Assembly (NCBI GenBank): GCA_963662465.1
Contig: OY759599.1
Location: forward strand, 4,448,001 to 4,512,000
DNA length: 64,000 bases
From: Desulfatiglandales bacterium
GTDB taxonomy: Bacteria; Desulfobacterota; DSM-4660; Desulfatiglandales; Desulfatiglandaceae
Reading direction: 5' to 3'
Below the pieces are notes generated by a model. The model was not told the origin of the DNA, made no database searches, and saw only the letters and a program-made list of their open reading frames with translations. Both the position numbers and the translations under genes were made by a program. This document shows positions 55,687 through 64,000 of this stretch, in pieces; the first letter of the stretch is position 1, and every line of letters starts with the position of its first letter.

Positions 55687-57585
55687 TCAAGGTGTGATCC
55701 GCATTTCCGTAAGTGTCAAAGAGGAGCCCTCCTCCACACTGGGAGCCTGATTAAATACCGTTTTGCCGTCCTGATCCGCAAAGGTCCGACCCCAGTTTCC
55801 GCTGAAGGTCAGCTGCTTTGATCCTTTAACGCTTACGGTTTCCGAGTAGTTTCCTCCGGCAATGAATAGGGTGGACCCAGTAGAAGCCGCATCAACGGCC
55901 GCCTGAATGGTGGTGTAGCAGGGCAACTTGCCACCGCACTTTTTTTCGGTGTCGCTGCTGACGTAAAGGTGGTGCTGCGTCTGGCCCCCGCCGCCGCCCA
56001 AGTACCAGTCGAGCGTGGCGTTGTCGCCGAAGTCGTTGGGGCCCAGCGGGGCCGGGTTAACGCCGAGTATGGGAGGATCTCCCTTGGTTCCATAAAACCC
56101 CCACAGGTCCGTAGAGGGGTATAAATAGGCCGGTGCAACCTCCATCATGCGCATCAGTTCCAAATAGTAAGGATCCACCAAGTCATCGGCCGTTCGGCGA
56201 TCATCCTGGAGGTTGATCATGTCCTGACCTTTTAGAGCTCCGGTAAGTCCACCCGTTACCTGCCCCCCTTTGACCAGAATATAGAAATCATATGTGTCTT
56301 CACCGACAATATACGGCACATAACCGGACCACGCCGGGAGCTGCTTGTCATTCACGTATTCGTCCTTGTAGATAACCCCTGTAATGACGGCGTTGCCTAT
56401 GGCATAAAAAAGATTGGTACCCATCACATTGGTGAGCCATGTCGGCGCGGTCACAACATTGTTCACGCTGCTGGTCCAGATACATTCGAGCAGCCCCTGG
56501 TCTTCCGTCATTTCGTAGCCTTTCCCGCTGGCATTTGTCACGGCATTCCATATCTGTTCGCCCTGGCCTGACGCGTTATTTTTGTAAAGTGTAAAGTCCG
56601 TCAGCTTCATGGTGTATTTTCCAGAGACAGGATCCTTTTCAAAGGTAACGTATGTGGTCCAATGGTTTGAATCATGGTTCGTTCCCGTCTCGGGATCATT
56701 CTGGGGGGTGTTTCTGCCCACACGGAAACCCGCGGTAGTCCAGTTGGGTCCGGTACCCGGACTCCCGGGCTGCCATATATGGTTACATGCCTTGGTGGTG
56801 GCGATAATCTTATCTAGGGCACGGGTAAAACTGCCGATGCCCTTTGCCCAGCCATTGCCACTAGCTTGATGCAGCGTCCTCCACCCGATGGGATCGGTCG
56901 CACCCGGAAACGTGAGTTTCTTGGAAACGCCTCCTTCACCGGTGCTCAGCCAGGCAAACTGAGGTTGAGAGCAATAGGCTGCAATCACAGCACTCAAAGC
57001 GGCAGTGGATTTGCCCTGCGCTGCCCCAAAAACCCCTTTGGCGGATTTTTCAGGAAGGTTTGAAAACTCCATACGGGTGAGGAAATCCACCCGATCGATC
57101 CAACTCATGTCAAACGTCTGGCCTGCCGTGCCAAAAAAAGCCCACTCAAAATAGTTATATGGCATTGTCGTGGTCTCGTCAGACGGTTGCGTGGCCGGTG
57201 GCTCCGTATCGCTCAATATGGCGTAAAACCGCGTACCATTATTGGGGCGCATGATGCGTACCTTGCCCTGGTCGATTTTACTGAACTGTACAACGGCATA
57301 TGCACCTGGAACTGAAACTTGGTTTAAGGTTTTCCATACGCCGGATTCCTGATACTTCAACTCATAATCGGTCAACAGCCAGATTTGGTCATCTGTCGGA
57401 GTGGCGCCGTAAAACTCGCCCGGTCCAAAGTTGTTGTGCACGGTCATCTCGTAATAGGTGGTCGCACCGAATGCGCGGGGCGCCTGTGCCAGTGTCAACA
57501 TCAGCAATGCAGACAGGCAGGACAGAAAAATGGAAACCTTTCGTTGAAAAGCCGAATAAGACACAAAATCAAAGTACCATTTCAT
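55687..57585 (-). CDS. Secreted protein of unknown function with conserved C-terminal domain
   Basis: Signal peptide; GAGGAGG RBS; C-terminal YVSSDTEKKCGGKLPCYTTIQAAVD similar to that of 42452-45862. Confidence 0.8.
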   Translation of the reverse strand: MKWYFDFVSYSAFQRKVSIFLSCLSALLMLTLAQAPRAFGATTYYEMTVHNNFGPGEFYGATPTDDQIWLLTDYELKYQESGVWKTLNQVSVPGAYAVVQFSKIDQGKVRIMRPNNGTRFYAILSDTEPPATQPSDETTTMPYNYFEWAFFGTAGQTFDMSWIDRVDFLTRMEFSNLPEKSAKGVFGAAQGKSTAALSAVIAAYCSQPQFAWLSTGEGGVSKKLTFPGATDPIGWRTLHQASGNGWAKGIGSFTRALDKIIATTKACNHIWQPGSPGTGPNWTTAGFRVGRNTPQNDPETGTNHDSNHWTTYVTFEKDPVSGKYTMKLTDFTLYKNNASGQGEQIWNAVTNASGKGYEMTEDQGLLECIWTSSVNNVVTAPTWLTNVMGTNLFYAIGNAVITGVIYKDEYVNDKQLPAWSGYVPYIVGEDTYDFYILVKGGQVTGGLTGALKGQDMINLQDDRRTADDLVDPYYLELMRMMEVAPAYLYPSTDLWGFYGTKGDPPILGVNPAPLGPNDFGDNATLDWYLGGGGGQTQHHLYVSSDTEKKCGGKLPCYTTIQAAVDAASTGSTLFIAGGNYSETVSVKGSKQLTFSGNWGRTFADQDGKTVFNQAPSVEEGSSLTLTEMRITP

Positions 57586-57798
57586 CTTCCCCTCCTCAAT
57601 TGCTTAATAGAAAATTCTATATCATAAATTTTCTGTTGACACAAAATAAAACTCACACGCTGGTGTAAACCACGGCCAGTAAAAACACCTTGTATCGCGC
57701 ATAGTTATATATAACTACCCCTGACTACCTTTGGCACTTGCATGAAGCCAAAAAAGGCAAACCAAAAAAAGCTGTGATAAGTTTGGAGAGGTAAGATA

Positions 57799-58740
57799 AT
57801 GCATGATCAAAATTTCAAAAATCTGATTCTGGACTATCCCGTTCAAGCACTGGAGTTTTTTGCCGGGGAAGAAGCGGGATCAGATTTATCCGAAGCCAGA
57901 ATACTCCCCGTACGACAAGAACAACTGAAGGAGCGGTTGGGGGATCGTTTCCGTGAGTTGGATACGCCGCTTTTGGTGGAATGGTCGGATGGCCGAAGGG
58001 AAGCCATTTTGTTTGTGGTCGAAGAAGAAACCAAAACCAGCGAGTTTTCAATATATCGTTTAGCCCGCTATTGTTTGGATTTGGCGGAATTGATGGAAAC
58101 GGACCGTGTGGTTCCCGTTGTGATTTTTTTGAGAACGGGAGACCATCGGACCTATCTGAGACTGGGCAGCAATTCATGCGCCTATTTGGAATTTCGATAT
58201 CTGATGTGCGAACTCAAAGGCTTGTCATCAGCCCGATATTATGACAGCGACAATATTGTTGCGCGGTTGAATCTTCCCAATATGGCCTATCCTCCAGAGG
58301 ATCGTCTTGAGATGTATCCGGCGGCGCAAACCGGCTTGGCCCGGCTTGAGACGAGCCCGGAAAAGCAACAAAAATATGCAGACTTCATCGACTTTTATGC
58401 CGATTTGAGCGAAGAGGAAGTCACCCTCTATCGCGATCGCTATCTAAGCGAGAAAGGAGACATTATGGGACTGGCAAGTGTACTAAGAAAAGAGGGACGA
58501 GATGAAGGCATTGAGCAGGGCATGCAGCAGGGAACTATGAAACTTCTGTCCCGTCTAATTGCGAAGCGTTTTCAGGTCAGCGCTGATTCTGTTCATCCGA
58601 TTTTTGCCGGCTTGACAACAGAGCAGCTTGAAGAATTGGGAGAGAGATTTTTCGAGGCTGAGAGTTTGGAAGAGATTCGAAATTGGGCGGAGGAGAAACT
58701 GTCGGCAAAAGCTCAAAGGACCGAGGCATCTGTGGGATGA
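57799..58740 (+). CDS. Rpn/YhgA-like (PD-(D/E)XK-type) protein with DUF4351-like C-terminus
   Basis: HDQNFKNLI, ELDTPLLV, EGRDEGIEQGMQQG repeat, EQLEELGE. Confidence 0.7.
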   Translation: MHDQNFKNLILDYPVQALEFFAGEEAGSDLSEARILPVRQEQLKERLGDRFRELDTPLLVEWSDGRREAILFVVEEETKTSEFSIYRLARYCLDLAELMETDRVVPVVIFLRTGDHRTYLRLGSNSCAYLEFRYLMCELKGLSSARYYDSDNIVARLNLPNMAYPPEDRLEMYPAAQTGLARLETSPEKQQKYADFIDFYADLSEEEVTLYRDRYLSEKGDIMGLASVLRKEGRDEGIEQGMQQGTMKLLSRLIAKRFQVSADSVHPIFAGLTTEQLEELGERFFEAESLEEIRNWAEEKLSAKAQRTEASVG

Positions 58741-59053
58741 CCATGAAATTCTAAAAAAGTCTCTTGCCTCGGTTATACAAGAGAAACGGGGACAGGCACA
58801 TCATGATTCTCAAACCTAATCAATGCCTGTGAGTTGGATGAAAACAGATTTATAAAATTACAAAAAGGTCTCGTGCAAAAAGGCGTAGAGTTGGAGGGGA
58901 CAGGGGTCGAAGGAAGGAAGAGTAGATTTCGCGGTAGGCGACCATCAGCTTCCAGTTGCTTGCCTACCTTTGGATTGGAACACAGAACCGGGGTGGATGG
59001 GAAAGATGGAGTTCAACTGGCAGAGCCTCTGACAACTGACCTCTGGCTGTTTA

Positions 59054-59310
59054 CGCCTATATGGAATTTCGATATCTGATGTGCAAACTCAAAGGCTTAT
59101 CATCGGCCCGATATTATGACAGCGACAACATTGTTGCGCGGTTAAATCTTCCCAATATGGCCTATCCTCTAAAGGACCGTCTTGAGATGTATCCGGCGGT
59201 GCAAACCGGCTTGGCCCAGCTTGAGACGAGTCCGGAAAAGCAACGAAAATATGCAGACTTCATCGACTTTTATGCCGATTTGAGCGAAGAGGAAGTCATG
59301 CTCTATCGCG
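59054..59310 (+). pseudogene. Partial duplicate of the Rpn-like gene (copy of ~58179-58435)
   Basis: About 255 bp with scattered, mostly transition differences. Confidence 0.88.
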
Positions 59311-59319
59311 CGGCAAAAT

Positions 59320-59586
59320 CCTGATATCCAGCCATACGAGTGCGTGTGTGTCAAGAATCAGCATTGGAGGCGTCCCAGTCAATATCCAGGAATGCGATCA
59401 GATCGTCTTTGCTCTGCGTTTTTCCTTTGTGCAAACCAAAAAGCGTCTTCGGTATGGTGCGATAGGCCCTCAGGACAGAAACAGGTGTCCCGTTTTTTGT
59501 GATTGTGATTTCTTCCCCGTCCGGTTTACCTCATCCATCAGGTGCAGGCATTTTACTTTGAATTCCGATGCCTTTATTATTTGCAT
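59320..59586 (-). pseudogene. Phd/YefM antitoxin (frameshifted) plus VapC/PIN toxin N-terminal stub
   Basis: MQIIKASEFKVKCLHLMDEVNRTG / EITITKNGTPV from 59586; MLILDTHALVW from 59364, truncated. Confidence 0.75.
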
Positions 59587-59789
59587 GTTACAATCCTCCC
59601 ATGTATTCATCTCAATGGGGTAGCCAGGTTGTCCCGCCGTGTTTTGTGTTCGTATTCAAAAGAAGGAGAGCATTCCCCATGGCGTCTTTCACCTTAGTTG
59701 CCTATTGCAACCATGGTCATTATCATAGTCAAGATTGATTAAGGTCAACCGGCCCAAATGGTCAGACCTGAGAGAATGTGGTGTTCCTC

Positions 59790-59831
59790 TGCTGACCCTT
59801 ATTGCCCGCATTGTTCCTTCAGGAGGATAGA
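59790..59831 (+). repeat. 42-bp direct repeat, right copy (attR-like)
   Basis: tgctgacccttattgcccgcattgttccttcaggaggataga; one mismatch to 42011-42052. Confidence 0.9.
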
Positions 59832-59924
59832 CGCTTCTACCCTCCCACTACCAGCTGATGTACCAGAAATATTAACAGGTTTGTCTTCAAAAAAAATCGT
59901 AACATCGACGTAGGTCAGTGAGGC

Positions 59925-61124
59925 CTAACTCGTCATGATAAAGAGAGGTCTCATTTCAAAACTCTTGTATTGAGGACGCAGACGTTCGACATCGTAGTGT
60001 TCCTGCACGTTGACGATTTTTTTCGAACTTACGACAACCTCAATCGGCATGTTGTCATATCTTCCGTTTTTCAGCACCACGAGACGGCCGTGGGTTTTTC
60101 CGAGGATCAGATCCAATGCCAGGTTGCCGTAGGCCATGGGAACAATCGAATCTATGGCATCAGGGTCTCCGCATCGAACCAGATACCCCAGCTTTTGATT
60201 AATGATGTCGATGGGTTTTCCCTTGTTGTGCTTGGCAGCGCGTTCTCTCAATTCGGAAGAGACGAGGTCGCCGATGCCACCAAGCTTTTTGTGCCCGTAC
60301 ATATCCGTCCTCGCCTCCTTGAATATCATCTCGCCCCCCTCGAACATGGCGCCTTCCGAAACCAGCACAACAGAATACCTGCTGGGATTTTTAAACCGGT
60401 CCTGGGCTAGAAGCTCCGTGAGCAGTTCAACGTTGAATTTGTATTCGGGTATGACACAACGGTTCGATGCGCCCGCCATAGCGGGAAGCATCGCGGTAAA
60501 GCCGGCGTAACGCCCAAAGACCTCGAGTACCAGGAACCGTTCATGAGAACCCGCGGATGTACGCAGGCTGTTGGTCATGGAAATAGTCCGAGTAACGCAG
60601 GTGCTGAACCCGATACAGTAATCCGTTCCGGGGACATCGTTATCCATGGTTTTCGGGATGCCTACGATACGGACGCCCTCCTGGTGCAACCTCACGCCAT
60701 AACTGAGCGTATCGTCACCCCCGATCGGGATAAGATAATCCACGCCCAGAAAATCCAGATTTTTCAAGACCTCCGGTGTTAGATCATTTATCTCATTGTT
60801 GTATCTATTCTGTAAGTGGCCGGCGACATTACCCCTGGGAATATGGCTGGGACGGGTTCGGGAAGTGTGCAGGAAGGTGCCCCCCGTGCGTCCCACCTTA
60901 TTGACTATTTCTTCAGTAAGGACTTGATAGTGCTCTGTGTTATCGGCAGCCTTGTCGGGAATCATTTCAATAATTCCCTCCCAACCATGCCGGATTCCGA
61001 TAACCTGATACCCCTCACGAATGGCCCGGATTGTGACCGCTCGAATAGCGGGATTCAGACCCGGCACATCTCCTCCTCCCGTGAGGATTGCAATAACGCC
61101 TTTCTTTCTATTAATATTTGCCAT
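59925..61124 (-). CDS. pfkA: 6-phosphofructokinase, probably PPi-dependent
   Basis: LTGGGDVPGLN, GGDD and PKTMDND (Asp/Lys signature of PPi-type enzymes), EVFGR. Confidence 0.9.
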   Translation of the reverse strand: MANINRKKGVIAILTGGGDVPGLNPAIRAVTIRAIREGYQVIGIRHGWEGIIEMIPDKAADNTEHYQVLTEEIVNKVGRTGGTFLHTSRTRPSHIPRGNVAGHLQNRYNNEINDLTPEVLKNLDFLGVDYLIPIGGDDTLSYGVRLHQEGVRIVGIPKTMDNDVPGTDYCIGFSTCVTRTISMTNSLRTSAGSHERFLVLEVFGRYAGFTAMLPAMAGASNRCVIPEYKFNVELLTELLAQDRFKNPSRYSVVLVSEGAMFEGGEMIFKEARTDMYGHKKLGGIGDLVSSELRERAAKHNKGKPIDIINQKLGYLVRCGDPDAIDSIVPMAYGNLALDLILGKTHGRLVVLKNGRYDNMPIEVVVSSKKIVNVQEHYDVERLRPQYKSFEMRPLFIMTS

Positions 61125-61334
61125 TTTATAACCTCCGTTCACATCATGTTTCAAACATCGTGTATTGGTTTCAAGAGATCCCATCCATGAAACTGATTGT
61201 TATTCCCGTCTTTTAAATTTCTTTACATTTTATTGCGTGCCCCTTCGTCCCGTGACGGCAATCCAAAGGGAAGGCAAATACAGACGCTGGGGCCCTGAGG
61301 GAAATTGTCGGTACCTATATAAAATTTTAGAGTA

Positions 61335-62540
61335 TCACAACCTCTCATAATTCCAAAGATTAAATACAGTCGCGACCCTGTCCAGGTGGGATCGTTTTTT
61401 CGTGCCGAATTGTCGTTCAAGTTCGTCAATGCAGCGAGCCATCAGCGCCATGTCGATCCGCCGAACTTCCTCTTTGCAGCCGATCGATGTCAGCAGGGTA
61501 ATGCAGCGCTCCCCTCCGAGGTGTTCCTGAAACTCGGCCAGAGCCACCGGGACATCGAGCCTGGAAAGTGCAGGGTGGTACAGCGGCAGAGAGAGTTCCT
61601 CCAACAGGCAGAGAATCCGCTGCAATTCATTTTTTGTGATCATTCCGGCGAGGTGGGAATAGAGGGAGTCCAGGGCCATGCCGATGGCTACGGCCTCTCC
61701 GTGGCCCACGGAGCCACCAGTCATCTCCTCAAGCTTGTGGGCCGACCAGTGTCCGAAATCGAGGGGGCGGGCAGAGCCCATTTCAAAGGGGTCCCCGGCG
61801 CTGCCGATGTGCTCCATATGGAGGACTGCGCAACGATAGATCATCTCTGCCTCAGCAAACCGATCAAAAAGGGCCAGATCGTGCCGTTTTGAATAAAGGT
61901 AATCGAAAAAAGAGCGGTCCTTGATCAACGCGATCTTGACCGCTTCGGCAATGCCCGCCCGTCGCTCTCTGGGGTTGAGGGTATCAAGAAAGAGGCTGTC
62001 GTTGATCACGGCGTACGGCGGCGCAAAAGTGCCAAGAAAATTTTTGCGGCCCATGGCATTGATGGCGTTTTTGACTCCGACACCCGCATCGTTCTGAGCG
62101 AGTACGGTGGTTGGAAAACGGATAAGCCGGACGCCTCGGTGCGCGATGGCCGCGGCATAGCCCACTGCATCGAGTACGGCCCCGCCGCCAATCGCCAATA
62201 CGAAGGACTGTCGACAGACATGATGGCTCCGAATTGCTTCGATCACCCTATCGATTACGGAAGATCGGTCTTTACATCCTTCTCCGCCGGTCACTGTCAG
62301 GATCGGCTCGCAGAGCTCAATTACCTCACGGTTGACTTCGGCGTAGTTGATGATCTTCCTGCCAAAAGACGGCGTCGCGTCCATCACCCCTGAGTCGATG
62401 ACGAAGAGCGCTTTATGCCGTTTTGCCCCCGCCTGCGCGAGGAGTGAAGCAAGAATTCGGCAGCCGGGATGCAAAACATCCCGTTCAAAAAAAACAGGGT
62501 AGTCGTAGCGTAGGGTAAAATGCTGCTCCAGTGTGCGCAT
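61335..62540 (-). CDS. eboD: 3-dehydroquinate synthase homolog (EboD-type)
   Basis: GGEGCK, IGGGAVLD, HRGVRLIR.PTTVLAQNDAGVGVKN, DPFEMGSARPLDFGHW. Confidence 0.8.
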   Translation of the reverse strand: MRTLEQHFTLRYDYPVFFERDVLHPGCRILASLLAQAGAKRHKALFVIDSGVMDATPSFGRKIINYAEVNREVIELCEPILTVTGGEGCKDRSSVIDRVIEAIRSHHVCRQSFVLAIGGGAVLDAVGYAAAIAHRGVRLIRFPTTVLAQNDAGVGVKNAINAMGRKNFLGTFAPPYAVINDSLFLDTLNPRERRAGIAEAVKIALIKDRSFFDYLYSKRHDLALFDRFAEAEMIYRCAVLHMEHIGSAGDPFEMGSARPLDFGHWSAHKLEEMTGGSVGHGEAVAIGMALDSLYSHLAGMITKNELQRILCLLEELSLPLYHPALSRLDVPVALAEFQEHLGGERCITLLTSIGCKEEVRRIDMALMARCIDELERQFGTKKRSHLDRVATVFNLWNYERL

Positions 62541-62642
62541 GGGCAAACTCCGGTATTCTTTTCACATGCAGGCAAAAACGCCCGGTTTCAGGATTCTGGC
62601 GGCCGTGACACGCATTTTCTATGTTTAAACGTGCCTCTCTTC

Positions 62643-63320
62643 CTATTCCTGAGAGGTGGCTTTTCCACGGAACACCCGGTAGGTGTAGGTGGTGTAAAAC
62701 AAAATGACGAGAAGCAAAAGGCCTATGACGACCAGCATGAACATCAAAGTTTGCGGTGACGCCGCCCCTTCCCCGGGTCCATTGGTCTCCCAGTGGGCTT
62801 CCATGGCGCCCAGCTTCGTGGGCTGCGTTTCGGCCACTTCCCTTCCAGATCCGTCTCCCAGGTATATCTGGAGCGGCGTAATGATGACGGCCCCGATGAT
62901 GGTGATTTTAAAGGATTTGAGAAAAAAAATCCACCTGACGATTTTTCAACAAATACCATGCGCTGATGCCGCCGATCACGAAAACGCTGATTTCAAGACA
63001 GGCAAACCACATGTGGGAAACCGCCCACGGCATGTCGGGGTTAAAGATCACGGCCAGATTGTCGGTCACCCGGTACCGACCGTTCTCAAAGACGCCTCCG
63101 GCCGGCGTCTGCATCCAGGCATTGGCACTCATGATCCAAAAAGCCGAAAGCGATGTACCGAAAGCGACCATTGTTGTGGCAAATAAATGCATGGCCGGAG
63201 AGACCTTCTTCCAGCCCCAGATCATGATTCCCAGGAACGATGCTTCCAGCATGAACGTCATGGTCGCCTCGAAACCCAGCAAATGCCCGAAGATGTCCCC
63301 GTCTGCCTGGGAAAAAAGGA
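62643..63320 (-). pseudogene. cydA: cydA internal fragment fused to cydB C-terminus
   Basis: LEASFLGIM, WIMSANAWMQTP, QPTKLGAMEAHW joined to SPQTLMFML...YTYRVFRGK. Confidence 0.82.
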
Positions 63321-63324
63321 TCTA

Positions 63325-63438
63325 ACGTTCGTCAGATTATAAATTACTCAAAAGCTTTCGGTTCTTTCCCTTTAATTGAGTACTCCTCTTTACGAGTTTC
63401 GCGTGACATATAAACTTATAATCTGAAGTAACGTCCCC
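63325..63438. mobile_element. MITE-like repeat, copy 2
   Basis: Near-identical to 16850-16974; acgttcgtcagattataa ... ttataatctgaagtaacgtcccc. Confidence 0.7.
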
Positions 63439-63478
63439 CACTCCGCCCACTCCGCATGGATTCGGGACGATTCCCGGA

Positions 63479-64000
63479 CTATTTCCGGGCAATATCCATG
63501 TCCATGGGGCCCATGGGGGTTTCCAGGGTGCGGGATCGCACCCACCGAAATCCACATCTAAGGGCAGACTCCGCCACAACACCCTGATCCAGGGAAAAAT
63601 CGACCCCGGTTTTGAGCCGGTCCGCCAGATGGCCCAACATGGTCTCGGGCTTGGTGTGCTCATGGGTCATACCATCCTGAAAGCTGACAAAATACCCGCC
63701 CCGTTTCACGACCGCATGGATCTTCCGGATTAAAACGTCCAATTTCCATTTGGCGAAATTGAGCGTGGAACAAGCCCATATGAGGTCATAATCCGTCCCG
63801 ATATCATCGACCATGTAGTCCCCGGCCACAACATTCACCCGCTGAACCATGCCGTATTTTTCGATGAAATACCGGGCTATCTCCACCACCTGCGCCCGAT
63901 CAAAAACCGTCCCCTTCATGGTGGGGTGCTCGTTCACGATATAGAGCGCAAAAACACCATGCCCTCCCCCCAAATCCAGCATCTTCTCAAAACCTGAAAA
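63479..64000 (-). CDS. SAM-dependent methyltransferase (O-methyltransferase-like), partial at window edge
   Basis: LDLGGGHG, VFDR, AGDY. Confidence 0.8.
   Translation of the reverse strand, partial: FSGFEKMLDLGGGHGVFALYIVNEHPTMKGTVFDRAQVVEIARYFIEKYGMVQRVNVVAGDYMVDDIGTDYDLIWACSTLNFAKWKLDVLIRKIHAVVKRGGYFVSFQDGMTHEHTKPETMLGHLADRLKTGVDFSLDQGVVAESALRCGFRWVRSRTLETPMGPMDMDIARK

Larger units (their letters stand above)
42011..59831. mobile_element. Putative ~17.8 kb genomic island at the nuoN 3' end
   Basis: Flanking 42-bp direct repeats, internal tyrosine recombinase, TA remnant, Rpn-like gene, visibly more AT-rich than the nuo genes. Confidence 0.7.

Noticed and set aside
42052..57585. Classical integron
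   Set aside because: The recombinase is short and shows no evident IntI-specific insertion, and I could not identify attC-type RYYYAAC/GTTRRRY-bounded palindromes.
58179..59310. Gene plus nearby partial copy as a DGR VR/TR pair
   Set aside because: Differences include C/T and A/G changes in both directions and are not adenine-specific; no reverse transcriptase is in the window.
1..64000. tRNA, rRNA, tmRNA or riboswitches
   Set aside because: None recognised by eye; a covariance-model scan would be needed to exclude small structured RNAs, including within the repeated module.

Overview
Bacterial accessory region. Gene content (desulfoferrodoxin, MASE3 kinase, HU/XerD-like pair, large secreted proteins) suggests an anaerobic Desulfobacterota-like host; this is inference. 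No rRNA, tRNA or CRISPR was seen. Bases 1-42 kb and 60-64 kb hold stress and respiration genes: dfx, a type IIIA H+-ATPase, wrbA, ubiA-like/ubiB/ubiG/ubiE, a nuo operon, cydAB, a PPi-type pfk, eboD/eboE and a type I R-M locus. Many of these have lost internal segments and are fused to distant parts of the same or neighbouring genes. Bases 42.0-59.8 kb form a ~17.8 kb island bounded by a 42-bp direct repeat of the nuoN 3' end. It carries four co-oriented large secreted-protein genes, each followed by a copy of a conserved, apparently non-coding module. An HU gene plus tyrosine recombinase lies inside one module copy. This cassette-like array is the best candidate here for an undescribed system. 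All calls were made by eye from sequence and translated ORFs with no database search, and pseudogene boundaries are approximate.
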